Positions 10,858 to 22,238 of a DNA stretch of 35,462 nt are shown here, in pieces; the stretch's first letter is position 1, and every line of letters begins with the position of its first letter. A program made the position numbers and the translations under genes. The notes beneath the pieces are model-generated. The model was not told the DNA's origin, made no database searches, and was given only the letters and a program-made list of their open reading frames with translations. Origin of the DNA: Octopus bimaculoides (lineage: Eukaryota); the NCBI RefSeq assembly GCF_001194135.2, contig NC_068981.1:10080918-10116379 (forward strand), given 5' to 3'.

Positions 10858-11958
10858 TTCTCGGATTCCTTTTTTCAATGACAAGCATTTGTGAAGAGTT
10901 TATTTTACGTATCGGTTCAAAGAGAGCTAACTTTTCCCGAATCAATGACTCTCTACACTGCTAAAGGTGTGGGACAAGAGGTTTTTAGCACTCGGTATTT
11001 GAAAGCCTGTTTTCTGTTCACTGAGACGGATCCTATATTGACATTAGAACTTGTATATCTGCTTGGTATTTTGGTCCTGATAGCAAGCATTAAAAGAGAC
11101 CGTACAGCAGTCAGTATGATTCTCATCGTACAATGATTAATTACATACCAGCTACGTAGAAGTCAAAAGCTTATGAACAAATTTCAAGTTATTATTGTTT
11201 CAGCTTGCGCTTTTTCTTTCATGTAAGCTGTCTATAAATTTAAGTAATTTATTTCAATCAACTACAACTAACCTGGCAATATTATTTTGGGCGAAGTACG
11301 GCTGGTTAAGAATTATTTTTGAGGAATTCATCAACGATATGCAATCATACACCCCGATTAATTTTGTGTTAGCATAATCGTATACAATGATATATATTTT
11401 CTAGTAGATCTTTTGTTTTTAATCCGAAGAGTCATTACGTTTCTCGCGTGGGTGAGTAAGAAATATTTCAGTGCTTCATCATAACGTTTTCGTAGAGAAA
11501 TTACTAAGAAATAAAGACTAATAAAATGGTATAAAGCATAAAATCGATGATTAATTGCAATTTGAGTCTTTATAGTCACATTATATTTCAAACTGACCCT
11601 AATGAATATTCAATTCTTATCATACGATGACAGTAATTCCTGATAAGGTATTACAGGTGACTAGGACGTGTTCTTCAATGTCTATGGTCCTTTTGAAACT
11701 TTCACTCTTATCTATTAGTGAATTAATGGTTGATTAGAAATCTTAAAGTAGGACGATATTTGTTCAACTGTCAAACAGAATTTTGCCGTAATCATTGCAG
11801 GTCATTAGTTTCTTCGTGCGAATTCAGGTAGAAATAATATAACTTCGAGCTCATTAATAGAAGTTAGCGAAATGTCTTTATCAAACTAATTAATCAACGT
11901 CATATTCAAATTAACGATTGGGACGTATATTTAAGAAGATTTTACTAGATTTTTACGT

Positions 11959-12055
11959 CACAACCAAGTGGTTCTAGATTCGATTCTACTGAATGCGTGA
12001 AATTTGTTGGGAAGAAATTGTAAGAAAGCTCTTCGTATATACACATATGTGTGTC
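11959..12055 (+). mobile_element. Highly degenerate SINE-A head remnant
   Basis: CAACCAAGTGGTTCTAGATTCGATTC...GAAATTGTAAGAAAGCTCTTCGTATATAC resembles the head and its junction with the internal microsatellite. Confidence 0.35.
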
Positions 12056-12493
12056 TTAGTAACTGATGATAGATAATCGACAGCTGCAATCCTATATACA
12101 AACGGTATTAAAGAAAGTTGTGTACAGGCACCTGTGCTTTTTGTGTATATTTTCAGCTATTTTGACTGCTATAATTCAGAAATGGAGGATGGTTCCGCCT
12201 TACATTTTAATAATAACAATAGATTCTTCACACCTTTACAACAGACGAAAAATATTTTTCTGTATCAGAAGGGGCGAAGTTTGGCTAGAGTCGTCACAGT
12301 AGAAACCTGCTATAGACGACGCACAGAAACCACGTCATCTATCAGATCCACCTCAAGTGCTGGGCAGTTTTTGACTGCTTCTGATACTTCTGTAATTATT
12401 AACACTATACGAGTTGCTCCATTTGAAGAGGTCTCTGGGAGTATGGCTTTCTTACATTAAATCCACATTAAGTAAGCTATATATATATATATG

Positions 12494-12692
12494 TGAAAGT
12501 TCCTGGCTTTGGGTAAAAGAAAATACAGGAGTATCAGTTAATTATGATTTTATTCAACATATTCTTCCTCTCTCAGATTCACACAGTTTTTGCAGCGGTC
12601 CTTCAGTTCTTGTGAAAGAACTCATAAGAGTGAGACACCGACCAGGCCTTCCGCGATATGCTTAATGCCGGGAGCTTTACAGAACCCCTTCG

Positions 12693-12694
<2 letters not shown>
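12494..12694. mobile_element. Mariner/Tc1-type MITE copy 3 (left TIR truncated)
   Basis: GAAAGTTCCTGGCTTTGGGTAAAAGAAAATACAGGAG...CAGAACCCCTTCGTA; internal sequence matches the other three copies. Confidence 0.8.
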
Positions 12695-12755
<61 letters not shown>

Positions 12756-12986
12756 GGCGGCGAGCTGGCAGAAACGTTAGCACGCCGTGTGAAATTCTTA
12801 GCGGTATTTCGTCTGCCGTTACGTTTTGAGTTCAAATTCCGCCGAGGTCAACTTTGCCTTTCATCCTTTCGGGGTCGATAAATTAAGTACCAGTTACGCA
12901 CTGAGGTCGATGTAATCTACTTAATCCCTTTGTCTGTCTTTGTTTGTCCCCTCTATGTTTATCCCCTTGTGGGCAATAAAGAAATG

Positions 12987-13024
<38 letters not shown>
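12693..13024. repeat. (GATA)n microsatellite split by a SINE-B insertion
   Basis: (GATA)n at 12693-12754 and 12987-13024, on both sides of 12756-12985. Confidence 0.9.
12756..12985 (+). mobile_element. SINE-B, full length, tail type 1
   Basis: GGCGGCGAGCTGGCAGAAACGTTAG (A-box-like)...GAGTTCAAATTCC (B-box)...GGCAATAAAGAAAT. Confidence 0.93.
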
Positions 13025-13025
<1 letters not shown>

Positions 13026-13140
13026 CAACGGATTTTCACCCAACCTCCGTCTACTAAGTTCACTCATGATCAGTCAGGGTTTTATAAGAAGACAATTGCC
13101 CAAAGTGCCAAGCAGTCTGACTGAACCCGAAACCATGCTT
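13026..13140 (-). mobile_element. Degenerate SINE-A head
   Basis: CCGTCTACTAAGTTCACTCA...AGAAGACAATTGCCCAAAGTGCCAAGCAGTCTGACTGAACCCGAAACCATG matches 46-170 and 22480-22600. Confidence 0.65.
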
Positions 13141-13184
13141 CTTAACTACACAACCATATATATATAAATATGCATGTGTGTGTG

Positions 13185-13234
<50 letters not shown>

Positions 13235-14099
13235 NNNNNNNNNNNNNNNNNNNNNNNNNNNNNNNNNNNNNNNNNNNNNNNNNNNNNNNNNNNNNNNNNN
13301 NNNNNNNNNNNNNNNNNNNNNNNNNNNNNNNNNNNNNNNNNNNNNNNNNNNNNNNNNNNNNNNNNNNNNNNNNNNNNNNNNNNNNNNNNNNNNNNNNNNN
13401 NNNNNNNNNNNNNNNNNNNNNNNNNNNNNNNNNNNNNNNNNNNNNNNNNNNNNNNNNNNNNNNNNNNNNNNNNNNNNNNNNNNNNNNNNNNNNNNNNNNN
13501 NNNNNNNNNNNNNNNNNNNNNNNNNNNNNNNNNNNNNNNNNNNNNNNNNNNNNNNNNNNNNNNNNNNNNNNNNNNNNNNNNNNNNNNNNNNNNNNNNNNN
13601 NNNNNNNNNNNNNNNNNNNNNNNNNNNNNNNNNNNNNNNNNNNNNNNNNNNNNNNNNNNNNNNNNNNNNNNNNNNNNNNNNNNNNNNNNNNNNNNNNNNN
13701 NNNNNNNNNNNNNNNNNNNNNNNNNNNNNNNNNNNNNNNNNNNNNNNNNNNNNNNNNNNNNNNNNNNNNNNNNNNNNNNNNNNNNNNNNNNNNNNNNNNN
13801 NNNNNNNNNNNNNNNNNNNNNNNNNNNNNNNNNNNNNNNNNNNNNNNNNNNNNNNNNNNNNNNNNNNNNNNNNNNNNNNNNNNNNNNNNNNNNNNNNNNN
13901 NNNNNNNNNNNNNNNNNNNNNNNNNNNNNNNNNNNNNNNNNNNNNNNNNNNNNNNNNNNNNNNNNNNNNNNGTCATTTTATATATTTGTGAATGCCGTGA
14001 AGTAAGAGGTAGGCTTCCCCATTGTTAAGGTGGTTTTACATTAGTAAATCAAATTCTTCTCTAACATAATCTTCAAGACAGAATTCCCGAGAAATTTAA

Positions 14100-14330
14100 G
14101 GCGGTGAGCTGGCAGAAACGTTAGCACGCCGGGCGAAATGCTTTGCAGTATTTCGTCTGCCGCTACGTTCTGAGTTCAAATTCCGCCGAGGTCGACTTTG
14201 CCTTTCATCCTTTCAGGGTCAATTAAATAAGTACCAGTTACGCACTGGGGTCGATATAATCGACTTAATCCCTTTGTCTGTCCTTGTTTGTCCCCTCTGT
14301 GTGTAGCTCCTTGTGGGCAGTAAAGAAATA
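14100..14330 (+). mobile_element. SINE-B, full length, tail type 1, with ~19-bp target-site duplication
   Basis: Flanks AGAATTCCCGAGAAATTTA (14080-14098) and AGAATTCCCGAGGAATATA (14331-14349), 2 mismatches. Confidence 0.95.
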
Positions 14331-14350
14331 AGAATTCCCGAGGAATATAC

Positions 14351-14564
14351 TGGTTTCGAATGTTGTTACAAGGCCAGCAATTTGAGGAGCAGGAGGATCG
14401 TCAATTACATCGACCCCAGTGCTCAACTGATACTTATTTTATCGACCTTGAAAGAATAAAACGCAAACTCGATCTCGGCGGAATTTCTACTCGGAACATG
14501 ATGAACCAGAAAAAATACCGCTAAGCAGTTCGGCTTGTTAATGATTCCGCGTCAGCTCTCCGCC
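14351..14564 (-). mobile_element. Older SINE-B, tail type 3, inverted relative to the adjacent copy
   Basis: Reverse complement GGCGGAGAGCTGAC...AATTCCGCCGAGATCGAG...GCACTGGGGTCGATGTAATTGAC...GCTGGCCTTGTAACAACATTCGAAACCA. Confidence 0.8.
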
Positions 14565-16027
14565 TTTTTTTCACGAGAAATATATTGCAAGATCTATCTC
14601 AAGCTGAAATTATAATTAGAATTCAAAATTTATCTTGTATCAGTCGTTTTATAAACAAATACGAGGTTGTTTCGATGTCTCTGCGACAGGATAGTCATCC
14701 TGTCATCCAACACAATGTTAATCGATAACCAAACCTAGGGGAAGCGTTTTTTATCTGACATCATCCGTAGACGGGTTAATTTCTAAGAAATTAAACCCAT
14801 TAGATTTCAACTGGATTATTTATTATTGCTGACAATCGTCGTAAAGTCGATCGGTCGTAAAAGATGCGACGTATCTTCATCAGGAAAAGCCATGAATATG
14901 ATTAAAAGGAAAAGTATCTGAAAAGATGAGGTCACGGTTGGCAGGCATTCGACACAACTTACCCCAACGTTGTCAGCTACTCTCTTGACAAAGAATTTTA
15001 CAGTCCAATGAGTGCGCTGCAAATTGCAGCTCAATATCCCACAAATCATTATATGATGTAGTTTTACTATGTCTGAAAATAACATACGGCTTGAATACCT
15101 TTGATCTTGTATATGCTAGAGGACAGCTGACCTGGTGCTAAGCAACAACAGCAGAAGATTCGTTTAGCTTTCACCTTCAGTTCTTGGACTCGTCGACAGC
15201 TCACCCCTTGTTTTTATGTAATTATATTGTTTACTGCTTTGAAATCGGCAACTTTCACTCAAAAATGATTTTCCGAAAACGAATCTCTTTAAATTATGTT
15301 ATATTTCGTTTATTTTATCAAATTATTAAGTTATATCTTTATTTCGTTACTGTAAAATATGCAGAAATATGCCACAAAAAACCTGTTATTGTCTTCAAAC
15401 TTAAATTTTCTGTTCTACTGCAATTGGCTTCCATGTTCTAATACTATAAAGTTTTACATATGTTAAATTTTTCACTCATAAAGAAATGGAAATCGATATT
15501 TTTATTATTGTAAGCATTAAGCGTAAAATTTGTAATAGCAGAAGTGAAATTGGTTTTCGAAATGCATTGGAAAGCCGGTGACGTAGTTGAAATGGCTTTG
15601 ATTAGCAAATGACACAGGCCTGCAAATATATTTAAACACATCTAAAGGGGAAAGTGCTTTTCTAATTNNNNNNNNNNNNNNNNNNNNNNNNNNNNNNNNN
15701 NNNNNNNNNNNNNNNNNNNNNNNNNNNNNNNNNNNNNNNNNNNNNNNNNNNNNNNNNNNNNNNNNNNNNNNNNNNNNNNNNNNNNNNNNNNNNNNNNNNN
15801 NNNNNNNNNNNNNNNNNNNNNNNNNNNNNNNNNNNNNNNNNNNNNNNNNNNNNNNNNNNNNNNNNNNNNNNNNNNNNNNNNNNNNNNNNNNNNNNNNNNN
15901 NNNNNNNNNNNNNNNNNNNNNNNNNNNNNNNNNNNNNNNNNNNNNNNNNNNNNNNNNNNNNNNNNNNNNNNNNNNNNNNNNNNNNNNNNNNNNNNNNNNN
16001 NNNNNNNNNNNNNNNNNNNNNNNNNNN

Positions 16028-16072
<45 letters not shown>

Positions 16073-16868
16073 CAGATTATTTCTTAGACATGCTAGCGGA
16101 ACTGGATAAACTTTAATGACAATTGCTGACGTGATTTAATACGATCAAAACGTGTTCATGGTTTCCCCAATTAACTTTAAACATAAGATCTATTTGTTCC
16201 TGTATTGTATGAACTTTGCAACAATTTGGATTAGCCGATATTATTATTGATATTTCTAGATCTTTTTGCTATTTTCTAGATTTTGAACAATTTTAGAGAG
16301 TGTTTGTCTTCTCATAGTAAGGATATTCTCATTCAATCGAAAATAGTTTCTAGTGTACGTAGATTTAGTACAGGGAATGTTGGTTTCGTTCAGTATCTTT
16401 CGCCAGACTTATAGCTGATATAAAAAAATCACATGCATGGATAGACCCAAGAAGGAAGAAAATTTGTCATTTTAGTATAAAGTCAAAGGTTTGAAAAAGC
16501 TGATAAAACTGACTTGTTATATGTCTGTTACATATTCTATGAAGCCTAACTGGATAAAAAAGCAATTGTGTCTCTTGAAGAATTAATATTCAGAAACGAA
16601 AACTCCGAAATTCAGTACTGTGAAAGACTTAATTCGATCCTCTTACAGCATCTAATTCACGTTGGTCTTGGACTCTCACGTTTCGTGTTTCTGCTACTAA
16701 AGCTAATAAGAAGTTATTTTATCTGTCACAAGAGTATCAAATGATGAAAGACATTATAAGGGTAGTTTACAATTTGTATAGGTGTTTATATAAACAGTGA
16801 CGGAAAGAAAAGGAGGGGAGTGGGAATGAGACGAAAGTACATATAGTATACAACAATAACAATAATAA

Positions 16869-17088
16869 TCCTTTTTACGATAGGCTCAAGGCCTGAAAGT
16901 CTGGAGAAGGAGGCTAATCGATTACATTGAACCTAGTACTCGGTTGGTACTTATTTCATCGACCTTGAAAAGACGATGGGCAAAGTCGACCTCGGCGGGA
17001 CTTCAATTCAGAACGTAAAGGGACGAAATATATTGGCCGCTAAGCATTTTTGTCAGACTCTCTAACAATCCTGGCACCTCGCCTCCTT
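16869..17088 (-). mobile_element. Diverged SINE-B, tail type 2
   Basis: Contains GGTACTTATTTCATCGACC...CAAAGTCGACCTCGGCGG...CAGAACGTAAAGGGACGAAAT (reverse-complemented SINE-B body); followed by (GAT)n. Confidence 0.8.
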
Positions 17089-17101
17089 AAACAACGACGA
17101 C

Positions 17102-17139
<38 letters not shown>

Positions 17140-18147
17140 CTTTATATTGATTGACATAATGACAACGAGTTGACTGAACATTACCGAGTTTAAAAATAAG
17201 TGAATGAGCCGTCTGCAAATTCTTGTAGCGTTTCAACACTTGATTCTAATGTATAAGTGATGAAAGAGGTAGGCCAAGTCAGCATATAGCACGCTATCAC
17301 TCCTAGCCATGTTTTATCAGACATCCCATCTCTCTAACCTCACATTTCCGCTTCTAGTGCGATGCAAGAATGAAGCGGCTGAGATTTATCAATAGTGAAC
17401 TATCTGTGTCTCGATCAAACAATCTCTTGAGAAGCGAATGATGAATGGATAATAAATATATCATCCGTTTGTCGTTTCGTTGATAGAAATGGAGACGAAG
17501 GAGGAAATTGCTTTGGATGTCCTCTCTGGTGTTTAAAGTCATGGGCGAAATTCTGTCAAAGTAGTTATAGAATAATTAAATAACTGCGCTAATTGGCATT
17601 ACTTGTTCGTTCTTGAACAGCACAGGGAGATAGAATGGTAACTCAATATGCAATCATTATGTAGCTAACACTCTGAAATAATCAAATTCTAGAATCTTAG
17701 GTGTATGTAGGCTTCATACTTAAACCCTGTTTCTGTAGCATCACACGAAAGATAAATCTCGTCCAAGAGAGCGCGTTTGTGTGCAACAGCAGATAACTTC
17801 TGCAGAATTTTCTAATATGCGTAGGCGGACATAGACACTGAGCATGATATACTAATCAAGCATATTATTACACGTAAGTTGTGGAGAACATTTACGGCTC
17901 ATTCACCCCATTTTATTTTATTTTATGATGACCTAGCTACTTAATATTTGCACATTAAGGAAATATATTACCTCAAGAAGATCAATATGCAGCGATAATT
18001 TTCGTACCAGTCTTGACGGTGATTTTTTCGTGTAACTGGAGGTGTTTGGTTTCAATTTACGGAAGTATCTTCTTTTAAGTGCTGCGTCACTATAGTATGT
18101 TTGTATGACTTTTCTGCGAGTAAAGGTGATATTATCATTAATAAAAA

Positions 18148-18362
18148 GGCAGCAAGCTGGTATAATCGTTAGCACGCTAGACGAAATGCTTAGAGGCATT
18201 TCCGTCCTTCTTTACGATCTGAGATCAAATTCCGCCGAGGTCGACTTTGCTTTTCTTCCTTTTGGGGTCAGTAAAGTAAGTACCAGTGAAATACTGGGGT
18301 CGATGTAATCGACTAGTCCCTTCCCCTAAAACTTCAGGTCTTGTGCTTTTAGTAGAAATTAT
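18148..18362 (+). mobile_element. Diverged SINE-B, tail type 2
   Basis: GGCAGCAAGCTGG...CGTTAGCACGC...CAAATTCCGCCGAGGTCGACTTTGC...TTGTGCTTTTAGTAGAAA. Confidence 0.85.
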
Positions 18363-18372
18363 TATTAAGAAA

Positions 18373-18584
18373 GCGGCCAGCTGGCAGAAACGTTAGCACG
18401 CCGAGCAAAATGCCAGCCGGTATATCGTCCATCTTTATGTTCTGAGTTCAAATTCCACCGAAGTCCTCTTTGCTTTTCATCCTTTCGGGGTCGATATAAT
18501 GAGTACTATTTGAGCACTATGGTCAGTTTAATCGACTGAACCCCTCTGCCGAACTTGGCTTTGTGCCAAAATTTGAAACCAAGA
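18373..18584 (+). mobile_element. Diverged SINE-B, tail type 3, head-to-tail with the preceding copy
   Basis: GCGGCCAGCTGGCAGAAACGTTAGCACGCC...GAGTTCAAATTCC...TTGTGCCAAAATTTGAAACCAA. Confidence 0.85.
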
Positions 18585-19822
18585 TTAGTTTACGTGTTAG
18601 TTATTTAAACTCTAGTCCCACTGCTTCTCTATGTGATTGGGGAAATCACCAACCTTTCAAAGCTTGTTTTCTTTCTATCGCTATTTGTATACTAGTTCTC
18701 TGGATGTTACGAATTGCGATTGCATCGCGATAAATATGATAAATGTCATATTCAACGACTGAAAGTTTCTAAGAAGCCAAACGAGAAGAAAAAAGTGAAA
18801 ATGTTGATCAAATGATATGAGAAAATTCAGTGGTTTCGTTTTTTTATTTTCTCTAATATGGCACATTTAGGTATTTAAAACATTTATAAAAGATGAACAA
18901 AATATAAAGATAATGAATACCAACTTACGATGTAGTAATAAGTGTTCTCAGATTTGAAACTTAAAATTTACTTCTAAGACAAGACATTACTATTTGAAAG
19001 ATAATAGTGTGTCGGTTCTACTTGATAATAACCTTTCAAAGAATTATGAGAAATTATAAGAATTGTTTGATATTAAGCTGGTTTTGAAAATAAAGTAAGA
19101 TATATCAATGTGTATTTGCTTCCCCGATTAAATCTTATTTCTAAAATAAACAGATACTTCTTAAAATATTTATCTTCAGATTCCTATTATCCAAGGTGTT
19201 TGTGAATGTGTGTAAATGTCAGTTTGCGTGCATGTGTCTGTGGTTGTGTGACTTTGTATTTAGCTGCACGTATATGTGCGTTAATATTTGTGTATTAGTT
19301 GCACGTATGTGTGCGTCAATATTTGAGTAGTTGTGCTTATTTGCTTGTGGGGTATGCGGGTGTGGTTGTTTGCACCTATTGTGTGCTTGGTTGCTTTTGT
19401 CTCTATATGAATGTGGTTGTATATGTTTGGCGATGTAATGTGCAAAGAAGACCAAGCCTCGCGTCTAAACAGAAAGTAACATGAAGCACTGCTGTGTCAT
19501 GCCTCATCATAAGGTTTGCCGTTTAATGTCACTACAGCGACACCTATGTCTCTCAAAATCCCTAAACATATCCGAAAAGGAATTTACTTCATTTACTAGC
19601 TTATACTATTATCACAGATTATANNNNNNNNNNNNNNNNNNNNNNNNNNNNNNNNNNNNNNNNNNNNNNNNNNNNNNNNNNNNNNNNNNNNNNNNNNNNN
19701 NNNNNNNNNNNNNNNNNNNNNNNNNNNNNNNNNNNNNNNNNNNNNNNNNNNNNNNNNNNNNNNNNNNNNNNNNNNNNNNNNNNNNNNNNNNNNNNNNNNN
19801 NNNNNNNNNNNNNNNNNNNNNN

Positions 19823-19870
<48 letters not shown>

Positions 19871-20152
19871 TGTATGTATGTATATATGTGTGTGTTTGTA
19901 TGTGTATATATATTTGTGTTTGTGTCTGTTTGTCCCACCGTCATTGCTTGACAACCGATGTTGGTGTGTTTATGTCCCTGTAACTTAGTGGTTCGGCAAA
20001 AGAACCGATGGAATAAGTATTAGGCCTTATAAATCCTGGGGTCGATTAGAATAAGTACCAGACGAAATATATGTACTAGAGATCGATTTGTTATGGTGGT
20101 GCTCCCGCATGGCCGCAGTCAAATGACAGAAACAAGTAAAAGAATAAAAGAA
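19823..20152 (+). mobile_element. SINE-A internal microsatellite + 3' tail (head absent or hidden in the 19624-19822 gap)
   Basis: (TA)n/(TG)n, then TGTCTGTTTGTCCCACCGTCATTGCTTGACAACCGATG...GCATGGCCGCAGTCAAATGACAGAAACAAGTAAAAGAATAAAAGA. Confidence 0.85.
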
Positions 20153-20407
20153 TAGATAGATAGATTTCAGGATGGGCGGGGAGACTGGCCCAATGAGCGT
20201 CTTAGCTGGAGTTTTCCGGTGTCTATCTAGTTGGCCATGCAGAAATAACAAAACAAAAACAAGATGGTAAATGAATCTTGATTGGAGTTACTTTCGGCAA
20301 AATAACAATAAATATAAATCTATAAGTGCTTTAATGGTGAGAAAAGTTTATACATCGATGTAGTTTGTTTACTACTAAGAAATCACATGCCAAAATAGAT
20401 ATAACTC

Positions 20408-20625
20408 TACAGGGGGGTACTGAAATGTTCCTGGCTTTGGGGAAAAGAAAATGCCGGAGAATCAGTTAATTATGATTCTACTCAGCATAATTCCCTCTCA
20501 GATTCACACTTATAGCAGCGGTCCTTCAATTTTTTTAAGCCCTATAAAAGAACTCGGAAGACCGGACCTCCAACCATGCCTTTCGCGACACCCTAACAGT
20601 CAGGGACATTTCAGCACCCCTCGTA
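20408..20625. mobile_element. Mariner/Tc1-type MITE copy 4
   Basis: TACAGGGGGGTACTGAAATGTTCCTGGCT ... CAGGGACATTTCAGCACCCCTCGTA; TA at both ends. Confidence 0.88.
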
Positions 20626-21055
20626 TTATATTATAATGAGACACCTATAATCTGATTTCATTTTCTGTTATGAATTTATTTATTATTAATTTGGAAAAAA
20701 TAAATCTGCAACATCTCACAATTGGGTGACATTTACGATGGTAGATTTCAAATCGAATATTTTAATAGCTTATTTAATCTTTAAAACAGCAATTACTCTA
20801 ACTATGGACATCGCTTCTAGTGTAACGTGTGCGAATCATGAACTCTGCAGCCTTTATTTATCTTTTATTAAAATTGTTTTTTGTATTTCTAAAAAAAATA
20901 TATTAAGTTGATTTATAAGTTCATGAAAATACTTTTTTATAAAATGTTTTAAGGCAATTTTGATATTGAAACTCAACTCCTTGTCAAATCTCTGATTTCA
21001 ACGCTAGAAATGAAAACTAGACTGCCAATAAAATATATACGTGTGATTATATATC

Positions 21056-21303
21056 TCGTTGCTATTATGTTAAATAATTGTATGTCCAAATTTGGTCAAA
21101 TGCGTTCTTTCAATATTTATTTTTGCTTGCAATAGCCGTTTATTTTGGTAAAGCTATCGTATCTCCTGCTGCTTCAGATGCCAAGATATCAAAAATTGTC
21201 AAAGTGTAGGACAACAGTTTTGCTAAGGAATGGTGAAGCTATATTTTCGTTTTCTGAAAAAGCAACGTTTTGGACTTACGACACTTTTGCATAATAGCAA
21301 TGA
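21056..21303 (+). repeat. Unclassified ~250-bp dispersed repeat, copy 2
   Basis: Colinear with 9691-9953. Confidence 0.85.
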
Positions 21304-21468
21304 GATATATATATATATATNNNNNNNNNNNNNNNNNNNNNNNNNNNNNNNNNNNNNNNNNNNNNNNNNNNNNNNNNNNNNNNNNNNNNNNNNNNNNNNN
21401 NNNNNNNNNNNNNNNNNNNNNNNNNNNNNNNNNNNNNNNNNNNNNNNNNNNNNNNNNNNNNNNNNNNN

Positions 21469-21520
<52 letters not shown>

Positions 21521-21730
21521 TGTGTCTGTGTGTATTTGTGCGTGTGTGTATGTGTTTGTCGACCCACCATCGCTTGACAACTGATGGTGGTGTGCTTATG
21601 GCCCCCTAACTTAGCGATTCGGCAAAAGAGCCGATGGATAAGTACTAGGGTTACAAAGAATAAGTCCTGGGATCGGTTTGTTAGACTAATATCCTTTCAT
21701 GCGATGCTCCAGCATGACCACAGTCAAATG
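21469..21730 (+). mobile_element. SINE-A internal (TG)n + 3' tail
   Basis: CCCACCATCGCTTGACAACTGATGGTGGTGTG...TAAGTACTAGGGTTACAAAGAATAAGTCCTGGG...TGCTCCAGCATGACCACAGTCAAATGAC. Confidence 0.85.
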
Positions 21731-21736
21731 ACCTCT

Positions 21737-21769
<33 letters not shown>

Positions 21770-21973
21770 AGTGATCTAGTGATCTAGCGATCTGGTTTCA
21801 ATTCCAAGACACTTCGACACTTGACGTGTGGTACGCGGTATACTACCTGTTCAGACAACGTCAATTTGATGGAGAGAATGAGCAGATGTGCGGCACGAAC
21901 ATTTGATTGCTATAAACAAGAGCTGAATGCTTCGACGGGAGAGTCCTTCATTCAAATATATATAAATATATAT

Positions 21974-22188
21974 ACTCTTTTATTCTTTTATTTATTTCAG
22001 TCATTTGACTGCGGCCATGCTAGAGCACGGCCTTTAGTCGAGCAAATCGACCCCAGGACTTATTCTTTGTAAGCTTAGAACTTATTCTATTGATCTCTTT
22101 GGCTGAACCGCTAAGTTATGGGGATGTAAACACACCAACATCGCTTGTCAAGCGACGGATGGGTTACAAACACAGACACACAAATATA

Positions 22189-22238
<50 letters not shown>

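Noticed and set aside
19257-19324. ~34-bp direct duplication in TG-rich DNA
   Set aside because: Ordinary slippage in degenerate microsatellite.
21847-21909. Possible minus-strand 63-nt exon (QSNVRAAHLLILSIKLTLSEQ)
   Set aside because: Its phase does not match the 14963-15072 candidate; such AG/GT pairs arise often by chance.
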